Source of the DNA: Verrucomicrobiia bacterium
Lineage (GTDB): Bacteria > Verrucomicrobiota > Verrucomicrobiia > Limisphaerales > UBA1319
Assembly (NCBI GenBank): GCA_963664225.1
Contig: OY760937.1
Span: forward strand, 3,040,001-3,104,000
Direction of reading: 5' to 3'
DNA length: 64,000 bases
The notes under the pieces were generated by a model. The model did no database searches. It worked only from the letters and a program-made list of their open reading frames with translations, and had not been told where the DNA came from. This document shows, piece after piece, positions 19,446-28,560 of the stretch. How positions within the stretch are numbered: position 1 is the stretch's first letter; each line of letters starts with the position of its first letter. Made by a program: the position numbers and the translations under genes.

Positions 19446-20858
19446 TCAGGCCCTCTCCACGATCGCCTCCGCGGCGCTGTGGTCCACCACGCGCACCGCA
19501 ACTCCCGCCTCGATCATTTCCCCCTGAGTGATCACGTCGATGATTTCCTCACCGAACCGGGCCTTGCCTCCCGGCCGCAATGCAGAGACGGCGACGCCCA
19601 CCTGTCCCATGCGCGATTTTTGGATGCGTTCCGCGGCCTCCACGGACGTCACACCGCTTGCTGAATGGGAAACCAGTTCTCCATAAATCGCGGTTTTGGG
19701 CAAAAACCGGCTCAAGATAAAACCCACCGCCAGACTACCGAAAATCGCAATGGCCATTCCCTGCAAAGGCATTCTTAACTGCGGCAGGCTGGGAATGACT
19801 GGCATGCCTGGATACACATCCACCATCGCCATCATTAGCCCCAAAAACATCAGGGCCGCCCCACTTGCTCCCAAAATGACGGTTCCCGGAAACACGAATA
19901 TTTCGAGGATCACCAGCACCATTCCCAGAAAGAATATGGCGGCCCATTCGAGACCCGAAAGCCCGCCCACGTAACCGCCGAGGAAATAGATCGCGAAGGC
20001 CAGCACGCCGACAATGCCCGGGATGCCGAAGCCGGGGGTTTTGAATTCGATATACACGCCGATGATGCCAATGATCAGGAGAATCGGGCTGATGGCATTG
20101 ATCCATGTGGCCAATTTCTCCGCGCCTGTGGGCTGGATGTCCACGCGCCGCGCTCCGGCGTAGCCCAAATCCTTGAGAACATCCTCAATCGAATCGCGGG
20201 TGCCCAGCGATAGCAGCGGTTTGGGCGGCGTGCCAAATTCCTTCTCCGCCTCGACATTGGTCAGCGTGAGAATCTCCCCTTTTTCATTAATCACCTGGCC
20301 ATCGATGATCAGGTTTTTGTTCTTGTCAATCATGGCATCGACCACGGCCTTATTATGGCCGTTTTTTTCGGCGCAGGTGCGCACCAACGCGCTGATTCCA
20401 GAGGTGATCTTTGCCTCATAGGTGTCCGTGGTTTTTTCGATTCCCGTGCCACCGGGCGAAAGCATGATTGGTGCGGCGGCCCCAATGACGCTCTGGGGGG
20501 ACATGTAGATTTTCTGCGTGGCCACGGATATGAAGGCTCCGGCGGAAAAGGCCTTGCGATTCACGAAGGTGGCGGTCTGGCCCTTGAATTGGCCCAGAAT
20601 CTGAATGATCTCCTCGGTCACATCCACCCGTCCCCCGTTGGTGTCCATGTCCAGCACCAGCAGATCGGCGTTGGCTTCCATGGCTTCTTTGACGCCGCGT
20701 CGCACCAGATAGACCAGGGGCGGCATGATATCCTCGCGGATTGGAATGACATACACCAGTGAAGCCTTCTCGGGATTCAAGACCGTCCTGGCGACCGCAC
20801 CCTGCGGAGCCGCAACCCAGGAAAACAACAGAAAGAGAAAAGCAAGCCACTGTTTCAT
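19446..20858 (-). CDS. NfeD family membrane-bound serine protease
   Basis: MDTNGG, AFSAGAFI, GAAAP, multi-TM segment, C-terminal LRPGGKARF...DVITQG. Confidence 0.85.
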   Translation of the reverse strand: MKQWLAFLFLLFSWVAAPQGAVARTVLNPEKASLVYVIPIREDIMPPLVYLVRRGVKEAMEANADLLVLDMDTNGGRVDVTEEIIQILGQFKGQTATFVNRKAFSAGAFISVATQKIYMSPQSVIGAAAPIMLSPGGTGIEKTTDTYEAKITSGISALVRTCAEKNGHNKAVVDAMIDKNKNLIIDGQVINEKGEILTLTNVEAEKEFGTPPKPLLSLGTRDSIEDVLKDLGYAGARRVDIQPTGAEKLATWINAISPILLIIGIIGVYIEFKTPGFGIPGIVGVLAFAIYFLGGYVGGLSGLEWAAIFFLGMVLVILEIFVFPGTVILGASGAALMFLGLMMAMVDVYPGMPVIPSLPQLRMPLQGMAIAIFGSLAVGFILSRFLPKTAIYGELVSHSASGVTSVEAAERIQKSRMGQVGVAVSALRPGGKARFGEEIIDVITQGEMIEAGVAVRVVDHSAAEAIVERA

Positions 20859-21025
20859 ACAGCCAGCCTAATATCCATCACGCCAGAATGCAATGGGATC
20901 CATGGGAGTGGGCGCAAGACAAAGCTCCTCAACGAGCGGGGAAAAGCCCCTTCCGTGTGGTGATTGAATGAATGGATTATTTCGCTTGCGGATGATATTT
21001 GCATGCCCCACTTGCTGGTGGTCAA

Positions 21026-23005
21026 TCAACGGGTCTTGATCAGGCGATAGAATCGGTTCTGTCCGGTGGCATCATTGGTGATGGTGTTCCACCAATCAAC
21101 CCGAGCAGGCGCATTGCTTTGTGTGAACCAGCCATTGGGATCCTTCAGGTTGGTCGTGCTTTGAAGGTTGTATCCCAGGAGGAAACTGCGCCAGGAGATC
21201 ACATGGCTGGTCTTGAGCTCGGTGATGGCCAGCAGCGGCGCGGGGCGCACGACTTCCAGCGCGACCAGTTCGATGCCTGGGCTGTTGGTGTCGAGATTGC
21301 GGCTGTATTGTTTGGTGACCGGGCTGTTCCAATGTTCATGAACTCCCAGGCTGGGCAGACGTGTGCCGGTTTTGGCCGGGTCATAGAAGGTGCCGGACGG
21401 CGGATCATCGGCCAGGGCGGCTTCGTGCAGGTAATCCTCCGCGCCGCCGGCCATGTCCGCTTGATTCACAAGGTTGGGCCATTCATTCAAGAGAAAGTCA
21501 TAGCAGACGGAATCAATGGCCACGGGATCCTGCGAAGCAAAAAGGCTGGATGGCCAATTTCCATTGAACGGGGCGGTGTTCCACTTATACGGATGGGAAC
21601 TCCAATTCTGCCCGGCATACAATCCATCCACGAGGTAGAGCATCACCTTGCCACCCAGATGCGGGTGGCCCATTAAATCCACATGGGCACGGTAATGTCC
21701 CAGGCCCGGCTGACCCGTCGCCCACGGCAGACTTTTGTGCATGTCTGAGTAATTCACAATCCCGGGTTGGTTTCGCCCGAAGGCGTCGCGGAAATACCCG
21801 TCGGGGCAACGGAGCAGCGCGCCATAGTAATTCTTGGCGCAGGCGGTGATCCCACCGCCGCTGTGCGATTTGATCACAGGCAGATTGATGATGTAATCCG
21901 CAATGGCAAACGGTACAGGCACGTAATCCTGCAGCACTGGTCCTGATAGCGGCGAGTTGGTGACGCTCCAATTGAATGGGATCGTCGAGAACTCGGTTCG
22001 CATCCTCCCCGAGCCGCCGTAATTATCGAAATAGTTCACATCCGGGAATTCCGGGTGCAGTTGGTCCCAGAGGTATTTCGGAAATAATCCCGTGGGATCG
22101 CCGATGTAGAGATTGGTCTGATCGACGCGCACGGTGTAAACCAGTTGCCGCAGCAGGGTGAGAATCAACTGAGGGGCGACATCGACCGAATTCAGCCAGT
22201 GCCCGTCGTAGGAGTTCTTCTTTTCGTAGTTGCCGTAAATATCCACGGTATCGGTGCCTGATCGGGCGTTGCACGTCGTCAGGTTTATCTTGATGGCGAT
22301 CTTCTCTCCCGGCTGGTAACCGACCACACCCTTCCCATGTTTGGCGTTAAAGTAGGTGAAAATGGATTTCCAGGCTTCCGCATCCGAGTTGGTTCCTCCG
22401 AGGGACTGAATGGCCCTGGATAGCATGGTTTCGACTGTGGTCAGGTCGGTGTGGTTTGTTTCATACCAGTGTTCGGGGGAACTGTATCCCTCCCAGGATT
22501 CGCCATCGGGACTTACCGTTCCGGAGAATGTGCTGTCAGGAGCGTGAACCCAGACCACGCGACCGGGAAAAACACCTTTCCCGACGCCGATGGGGCCATG
22601 GGCCGGATTGCTGGCGAGTGATCGCGCGATCGGCAGGCTGGTGACCACCAGCACGGCGGCGGCCAGTGCAGCCGATCCCCATAAACACGTTTTCCAGAAT
22701 TGAAGATCGCGGGTTCGACTTCTGCGCCAGGCAGCGGCGGCCCCGAGCAATGCCAGCACCCAAACCACAAAGCTGCTGGCCAGCGGAAAGGCCACCCGCT
22801 GGCATGGATACGCAGCCCGGCTGGGCTTGGGAAGGACCCGGATGAGAAACCAGATCAGGGAAAAGAACCCCATGCCCGTAAAAACCCAGGCCAGCCAATT
22901 GTGCCTGGGGGCAGGGCCGATCACGCGCCCCGTCACAGGGCATGTCTGCGGTTTATCAGTGGTGCGTCTGGAAAATAGACCGGTCAAGAGCTTGGGCATA
23001 CTCAT
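21026..23005 (-). CDS. DUF362-like exported protein with a C-terminal FYRL-type domain
   Basis: PKPSRAAYPCQR, GRVVWVH, IAIKINL, IINLPVIKSH..GITACAKN, SQDPVAIDSV. Confidence 0.7.
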   Translation of the reverse strand: MSMPKLLTGLFSRRTTDKPQTCPVTGRVIGPAPRHNWLAWVFTGMGFFSLIWFLIRVLPKPSRAAYPCQRVAFPLASSFVVWVLALLGAAAAWRRSRTRDLQFWKTCLWGSAALAAAVLVVTSLPIARSLASNPAHGPIGVGKGVFPGRVVWVHAPDSTFSGTVSPDGESWEGYSSPEHWYETNHTDLTTVETMLSRAIQSLGGTNSDAEAWKSIFTYFNAKHGKGVVGYQPGEKIAIKINLTTCNARSGTDTVDIYGNYEKKNSYDGHWLNSVDVAPQLILTLLRQLVYTVRVDQTNLYIGDPTGLFPKYLWDQLHPEFPDVNYFDNYGGSGRMRTEFSTIPFNWSVTNSPLSGPVLQDYVPVPFAIADYIINLPVIKSHSGGGITACAKNYYGALLRCPDGYFRDAFGRNQPGIVNYSDMHKSLPWATGQPGLGHYRAHVDLMGHPHLGGKVMLYLVDGLYAGQNWSSHPYKWNTAPFNGNWPSSLFASQDPVAIDSVCYDFLLNEWPNLVNQADMAGGAEDYLHEAALADDPPSGTFYDPAKTGTRLPSLGVHEHWNSPVTKQYSRNLDTNSPGIELVALEVVRPAPLLAITELKTSHVISWRSFLLGYNLQSTTNLKDPNGWFTQSNAPARVDWWNTITNDATGQNRFYRLIKTR

Positions 23006-23094
23006 CGCAACAACCTTTGGATTGAATCAAATCAAATGTGCGCTGCTGTGGGATGGAGTCAAGGGTGGCATTGATGGTCAGAATTTGTAGGGAA

Positions 23095-23205
23095 GCCTCC
23101 ATCGACGATATTCAGTTTTCCACGCAGGCCGTGCCAGAGCAAGGCACGATCGCCCTGTTTGCATTGGGCGCGATTGCGATGATGGGGCAATTCGCGCGGC
23201 GCAAG
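23095..23205 (+). pseudogene. Orphan PEP-CTERM sorting-signal remnant
   Basis: IDDIQFSTQAVPEQGTIALFALGAIAMMGQFARRK with no credible upstream protein body. Confidence 0.55.
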
Positions 23206-23285
23206 GGTTTATGCAAGCAGTTCTGGCATAACTCCGGGTTTGGCCGGAAAAAACTTTGTCGGATTTTATCGCTGGTGGGTATTAA

Positions 23286-24695
23286 ATGGGTGAGATGAAT
23301 CCGAAATCGGACGCCCAACTACTCCGGGAATACGCCGGGCACGGCGCGGAGGGGGCGTTTGCGGAGATCGTTCACCGGCACACGAGCCTGGTGTATTCGG
23401 CGGCATTGCGGCAGGTGAATTCGCCCGACGTGGCCGCCGAGGTGGCGCAGACCGTGTTTGTGGACCTGGCGCGCGGGGCAGGGGCGTTGTGCCCCCGGCT
23501 GCCTGAGGACGCTTCGCTGGCTGGCTGGCTATGCCGCAGCGCCCGGAACATTTCGCTCAACCTCCGGCGTAATGAATTCCGCCGGCATTCCCGCGAAAGG
23601 CTGGCCATGGAGCAGTTCGATCCAAACCCTGAAACCAACCCGGACTGGGAACCGCTGCGCCCCGTGGTGGATGAAGCGCTGGGCGAATTGAGCGAGCCCG
23701 ATTATGACGCGCTGGTGATGCGGTTCTTCAAGAACCAGGATTTGCTCTCGGTGGGCCGCGCGCTGGGCGTGAGCGATGACGCCGCCCAAAAGCGGATATC
23801 ACGGGCGCTCGAAAAACTGCGCGACATTTTATCCCGGCGCGGCATCACGACCACGTCCGCGGCGCTTGCCGTTCTGCTGTCCGCGAACGCAGTCCAGACT
23901 GCGCCCGTCGGATTGGCGGTTGCCATTTCCAGCGCCGCCGCGTTGGCCGGAACCGCACTGGCCACCACCGCTGCCTCAGTGACCGCAACAGCCACCCAAA
24001 CCCTCGTTATGACGACTCTGCAAAAAACTCTTGTTACAATCGCCATCATTGCCGCCGGTGTGGCGACTCCGCTGGTGATTCAACACAAAGCGCAGGTCCG
24101 GTTGCGTGCGGAAAACCAATCGTTGCGGGAGCAGGTGGATCGATTGTCACAGCTCACCGCGGAGAACGAGCGCCTGTCAAATCTGGTCGCCAGGGCAACC
24201 CCGCCCGCGCCAGGCGGCGTGTCCTCCGATGTGCTCAGGCTGAGGGGCGATGTGGGGCTTTTGCGGCGGGAGAATGAAGAGTTGGGCCGGCTCCTGGCGC
24301 AGCAACAAAAGACGACGGCCGATTTCATTCCGAGCACGGCCTGGGCTGATGCTGGCACAGCCACCCCGGAAGCGGTCGCAGGCACTTTCGCGTGGGCCAT
24401 CAAGGAGGGGAACAAGGAGAAGCTCGCGGAAGTATTGACGTTCATGCAGGACCAGACGAATGCGAATACGGCTGGATTTGTCGAAGACGTCTCCAAGTTG
24501 TTTCTGCCGCTGATGTCCGAGATTGAATCCTCACGGCTTGTTTTCACGGAAAACCCCGCGCCGGATGAGGTGACGTTCTGGTATCAAAGCCGGTTCAAGG
24601 ACGGACACTCGATGGTGTCTCCGATCAGCGTCAAACAAGTCGATGGTCAGTGGAAGGTGAAATTGATTATAGGCCCCTCAGGCGTGAACAAATGA
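23286..24695 (+). CDS. ECF-type sigma70 factor with TM and C-terminal extension
   Basis: SDAQLLREYA, AFAEIVHRH, SLAGWL, DAAQKRISRALEKLR, then Ala/Thr linker, TM, coiled coil and C-terminal domain. Confidence 0.88.
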   Translation: MGEMNPKSDAQLLREYAGHGAEGAFAEIVHRHTSLVYSAALRQVNSPDVAAEVAQTVFVDLARGAGALCPRLPEDASLAGWLCRSARNISLNLRRNEFRRHSRERLAMEQFDPNPETNPDWEPLRPVVDEALGELSEPDYDALVMRFFKNQDLLSVGRALGVSDDAAQKRISRALEKLRDILSRRGITTTSAALAVLLSANAVQTAPVGLAVAISSAAALAGTALATTAASVTATATQTLVMTTLQKTLVTIAIIAAGVATPLVIQHKAQVRLRAENQSLREQVDRLSQLTAENERLSNLVARATPPAPGGVSSDVLRLRGDVGLLRRENEELGRLLAQQQKTTADFIPSTAWADAGTATPEAVAGTFAWAIKEGNKEKLAEVLTFMQDQTNANTAGFVEDVSKLFLPLMSEIESSRLVFTENPAPDEVTFWYQSRFKDGHSMVSPISVKQVDGQWKVKLIIGPSGVNK

Positions 24696-24725
24696 GGACG
24701 GTGCCGCGACTTCATCCTCCCCCGT

Positions 24726-26354
24726 TTACACGGCCGGTCGTTTAAGCCCCATTTTTTTCATTCTTGAGAGCAGCGTGGTGGGTTTGACTCCCAGGAGTTC
24801 GGCCGCGCCGTCAGCGCCTTTAATCCTCCATCCGCTGCGTTCGAGAACGGCGAGCAGGTTCTCACGTTCGCGGCGCTGCATTTCCGCTTCGGTGAGGAAC
24901 TCAGGTGCTGTGGTGTGGGCGGGATGCGGCTTGGTTGAAGGCGCGGAGGATGCGGAATCGGTCTTGGGCAGGTCAAAGTATAATGCGCCGCCGCGCGCCA
25001 GGATCACGGCGCGTTCGATCACGTTGCGCAATTCCCGGATGTTTCCCGGCCAGTTGTAGCTCTGAAGCCGGACCACGGCCGCGCGCGTCAACAGCGGTTT
25101 CGGGCACCGGAGTTCCTTGACTGACAACTCGACGAAATGCTTCGCCAGGAGCGGGATGTCGTCCTTGCGTTCCCGCAGGGGGGCCACCTGGATTGGAAAC
25201 ACATGGAGACGATAGTAGAGATCCTCGCGAAAACGGCCGGCCGCCACCTCTTTCTTGAGGTCCCGATTGGTGGCGCCGATGATGCGGACGTTGGCCTGGC
25301 GCGTGCGGTCCTCACCCACGCGTTCGTAGCGTTTCTCCTGGAGGACGCGCAGGAGTTTGCCCTGCATTTCCATGGGAACCTCGCCGATCTCGTCCAGCAA
25401 CAAGGTGCCGTTCTCGGCCGTCTCAAAGCGGCCCGCGCGATCCTTGATGGCGCCCGTGAAGGCACCTTTCACATGTCCAAAGAATTCGCTTTCGAACAGT
25501 TCGCGGGGAATGGAGGCGCAGTTGACCCGGACCAGTGGGCCGTCCTTGCGCAGGCTGCGCCGATGGATTTCGTGCGCCACGAGTTCCTTGCCGGTGCCGG
25601 TTTCGCCCAGGATGAGAACCGAGGCCTCGGTAGGAGCCACCAGATCGATCTGGCTGATGATCTGGCGCAAGGCGGCGCTTTGGCCCACGAGGTCGCCGAA
25701 GGCCTTGGCCTGGACCACTTCCTCCAGCAGGTAGGTGTTTTGGAGCTCCAATTGTTCCTTCAGGCGTTGGATTTCGGCAAACGCGCGCGAATTGGCGATG
25801 GCTGCGGCGACCTGGTCGGCAAAGACCCTGCCCCATGTCCCTGATTCCTCCGGAAGATCGTCGCGGGTGAAACCGATCATGACGCCCAGGGTCTCGCCTC
25901 TGAAAATGATTGGTGTTGCGCCACAGCCGCGTATTTCCTCGTGCTTCACCCACTCAAATCCGAACATGGTTTCGGACTGTTTGTCCATGTGCCTGAGGAC
26001 GAGCTGTTGGCCCGAATTCGCCACTTTACCCATGATACCCACTCCCAGCGGTAACCGGGCGGTCAAATCGTCAAAACGCGGAATATCCGTCGCGGAATCG
26101 GAGATGGACACGCCTTTGCCTGCTGCAAGATGAAGACATTGGGTTTGGTCGGGGCAATCTGGCCGACGCGGGCAATGGGAACACCGGTCGCCCTTATCAA
26201 TGAGCCAAATCTGCAGGGACGCAATGTCAGGACGCTCGACTCCCCGGCAGACAAACTTCTGCAGGAGTTGGTCGAGGGTCTGCTCATGCGCCATATCCAG
26301 GAGAATGTGGGCGACGACATTGGGATCGAACCGGTTATCGCTGGTAACTTCCAT
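24726..26354 (-). CDS. GAF-domain sigma54-dependent activator (FhlA/NifA-like, Fis HTH)
   Basis: GAF, GETGTGKE, GAFTGA, WPGNIREL, GAAELLGVKPTTL; start taken at MEVTSD (ORF extends to 26477). Confidence 0.92.
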   Translation of the reverse strand: MEVTSDNRFDPNVVAHILLDMAHEQTLDQLLQKFVCRGVERPDIASLQIWLIDKGDRCSHCPRRPDCPDQTQCLHLAAGKGVSISDSATDIPRFDDLTARLPLGVGIMGKVANSGQQLVLRHMDKQSETMFGFEWVKHEEIRGCGATPIIFRGETLGVMIGFTRDDLPEESGTWGRVFADQVAAAIANSRAFAEIQRLKEQLELQNTYLLEEVVQAKAFGDLVGQSAALRQIISQIDLVAPTEASVLILGETGTGKELVAHEIHRRSLRKDGPLVRVNCASIPRELFESEFFGHVKGAFTGAIKDRAGRFETAENGTLLLDEIGEVPMEMQGKLLRVLQEKRYERVGEDRTRQANVRIIGATNRDLKKEVAAGRFREDLYYRLHVFPIQVAPLRERKDDIPLLAKHFVELSVKELRCPKPLLTRAAVVRLQSYNWPGNIRELRNVIERAVILARGGALYFDLPKTDSASSAPSTKPHPAHTTAPEFLTEAEMQRRERENLLAVLERSGWRIKGADGAAELLGVKPTTLLSRMKKMGLKRPAV

Positions 26355-26397
26355 GATGGTTACACTCTGACAGAAAGGGGGCGAATTGGCAACACGA

Positions 26398-26429
26398 CTC
26401 GAACGATATATCGTTCGAGCGAAATATCG
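26398..26429. promoter_or_regulatory. Putative upstream activator site: 22-bp perfect palindrome plus a second core
   Basis: CTCGAACGATATATCGTTCGAG followed by CGAAATATCG. Confidence 0.65.
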
Positions 26430-26501
26430 CACCTTAGCTAATTCCCCATAATTTTGTCGATATGCCCTTACCATCAATAGTTTACATCGTTATAATCGGC
26501 C

Positions 26502-26517
26502 TGGCACAGATAATGAT
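26502..26517 (+). promoter_or_regulatory. Putative sigma54 promoter of the thioredoxin-CBM48-RND operon
   Basis: TGGCAC-AGATA-ATGAT: canonical -24 element, variant -12 (GA for GC). Confidence 0.5.
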
Positions 26518-26539
26518 TATTTAACGGTGAAGGTAACTA

Positions 26540-26929
26540 ATGAACGATAATACGAACGAAACACCGATCCGCCGGATCGCTGAAAAGGACTTCGAGTTGG
26601 AAGTTCTGCGGGCGAAGCTGCCGGTATTGGTGGCGTTCGAGGCGCCGTGGAGTCGCCCCTGTCATGTGCTTTTGCCGGTGATGGCTGAAGTGACGACCGC
26701 GTGTTGCGACAAAGTGAAGTGTTTCACGGTCAATGTGGATGACAATCCCGACCTTGGTTTGTGGTATGGGATTCGGTCCATTCCCACTCTGGTTTTTTTC
26801 CTCAACGGGAAGATACGGGACAAGATCGTCGGAACGGCCACCAAGGAAGCGATTCTATGCAAACTGCAGACAGTCTTCCAGCGTGGTGAATCGACAACTC
26901 CGCCTCCTGAATCAGATCACGAAATATGA
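26540..26929 (+). CDS. Thioredoxin-fold protein with SxxC active site
   Basis: PVLVAFEAPWSRPC, VNVDDNP, YGIRSIPTL. Confidence 0.85.
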   Translation: MNDNTNETPIRRIAEKDFELEVLRAKLPVLVAFEAPWSRPCHVLLPVMAEVTTACCDKVKCFTVNVDDNPDLGLWYGIRSIPTLVFFLNGKIRDKIVGTATKEAILCKLQTVFQRGESTTPPPESDHEI

Positions 26930-27249
26930 GCGGTACTACTTGTGAGCCTCATCCTAAAGAACCGGTGTCCCGTTACTCAGCGAAACGGACGCGGCATCAT
27001 ATTGATTTCTTCTGCCATGCGCCCGGCGCAAAGCAGGTCAGCCTCGCGGGAGATTTTAACGATTGGCAACCAATGGCAAATCCCATGCAACGGATGCCGG
27101 ATGGAAACTGGATGCTCAGTCTTGAACTTTCCCACGGTTACCATCAATATGTATTTTTGGTGGATGGACGTTCGGTACTGGATCAGAACGCCACAGGCAC
27201 GGCGCGCAACGAGCGTAATGAACCGGTATCGTTGATCGCGGTCAGTTGA
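26926..27249 (+). CDS. CBM48 / glycogen-binding (isoamylase early set) domain protein
   Basis: APGAKQVSLAGDFNDW, GYHQYVFLVDG; ATGA overlap with the thioredoxin gene. Confidence 0.85.
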   Translation: MSGTTCEPHPKEPVSRYSAKRTRHHIDFFCHAPGAKQVSLAGDFNDWQPMANPMQRMPDGNWMLSLELSHGYHQYVFLVDGRSVLDQNATGTARNERNEPVSLIAVS

Positions 27250-27288
27250 AATCCCCCGTAAACTCCACCTTTAACACGGAGCCATACT

Positions 27289-28548
27289 TTGAAATTTCGA
27301 AATAATATCCACTCATCCGCAATTGTTCCTATGCAACTTAATAACCAGGCTCATCATTTTACGACTCATTGGAAAGCGCTCCTGGCAGCCCTCTTGTGTG
27401 GGTTGACCCTGACCGCCTGCAAGCGCCAGGCCCAGGCTCCCATGACACCCCCCACGCCGGAAGTGGCGACGGTGACCGTAGCGCGGCAGAAGATCACCCT
27501 GACCACGGACTTGCCCGGGCGCACCTCCCCATTTCGCATCGCGGAAATACGGCCGCAGGTCAACGGCCTGATCCTGAAACGCTTATTCACGGAAGGTTCC
27601 GACGTCAAGGAAGGGCAGGAATTATACCAGATCGATCCCGCCCCGTTCCAGGCCGCGCTTGACAATGCCATGGCGGCGCTGGGGAGGTCGGAGGCAAACC
27701 TGCCTTCCATTCAGTCCAGGGTGAACCGTTATAAAGAAGCCCTGGCCGACAAGGCGGTCAGCAAACAGGATTTCGAAGATGCCGATGCCGCCCTGAAACA
27801 GGCGACGGCCGATGTTCAGTATTATAAGGCGATGGTGGCGACGGCGACCATCAATCTCAAATACGCCCATGTGGTCTCGCCGATCTCCGGTCGCATCGGC
27901 ATGTCCACCGTGACGGATGGCGCCATCGTCACCGCGTATCAGCCCGTGGCACTCGCGACCATCCAGCAACTGGATCCCATCTATGTGGATGTGCCCCAGT
28001 CCACCTTTGAGCAACTCCATTTGAAGGAGCATTTGGATGCCGGTCACATCAATCGCGACGGAACGAACCAGAACCAGGTGCAACTCATTCTCGAAGACGG
28101 CTCGGCATATCCCCTGGAAGGAACACTTCAATTCCGTGACATCTCGGTCGATCCGACGACCGGTTCTGTGATTTTGCGGATGGTGTTTCCCAATCCAAAC
28201 CGGGTTCTGCTTCCAGGAATGTTTGTCAGGGCGATCGTCAAGGAAGGGGACACCGACCAGGCGATCCTGATCCCGCAGCAATCGGTTTCACGCGATCCCA
28301 AGGGCAATCCTGTGGCGTTGATTGTGGGCGCGGAAGGCAAGGTCGAATCGCGGATGCTCACGGTGGAACGCACCATCGGCGATCAATGGCTCGTCACCTC
28401 CGGGCTTCAACCTGGCGACAAGGTGATCGTGGAAGGCATGCAAAAAGTGCGGCCAGGCGTCCCGGTCAAAGAGGTCCCCTTTGTGGCCGGTCAGAAGCCG
28501 CAGGCGGCGCCCGCAAAAAAGGTGGAATCGGTTTCAACTTCGAAATAA
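27289..28548 (+). CDS. RND efflux periplasmic adaptor (AcrA/MexA family)
   Basis: Lipobox LTAC, LPGRT...AEIRPQVNG, LYQIDP, SPISGRIG, LLPGMFVRA. Confidence 0.93.
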   Translation: MKFRNNIHSSAIVPMQLNNQAHHFTTHWKALLAALLCGLTLTACKRQAQAPMTPPTPEVATVTVARQKITLTTDLPGRTSPFRIAEIRPQVNGLILKRLFTEGSDVKEGQELYQIDPAPFQAALDNAMAALGRSEANLPSIQSRVNRYKEALADKAVSKQDFEDADAALKQATADVQYYKAMVATATINLKYAHVVSPISGRIGMSTVTDGAIVTAYQPVALATIQQLDPIYVDVPQSTFEQLHLKEHLDAGHINRDGTNQNQVQLILEDGSAYPLEGTLQFRDISVDPTTGSVILRMVFPNPNRVLLPGMFVRAIVKEGDTDQAILIPQQSVSRDPKGNPVALIVGAEGKVESRMLTVERTIGDQWLVTSGLQPGDKVIVEGMQKVRPGVPVKEVPFVAGQKPQAAPAKKVESVSTSK

Positions 28549-28560
28549 CGGAGGCACGCA

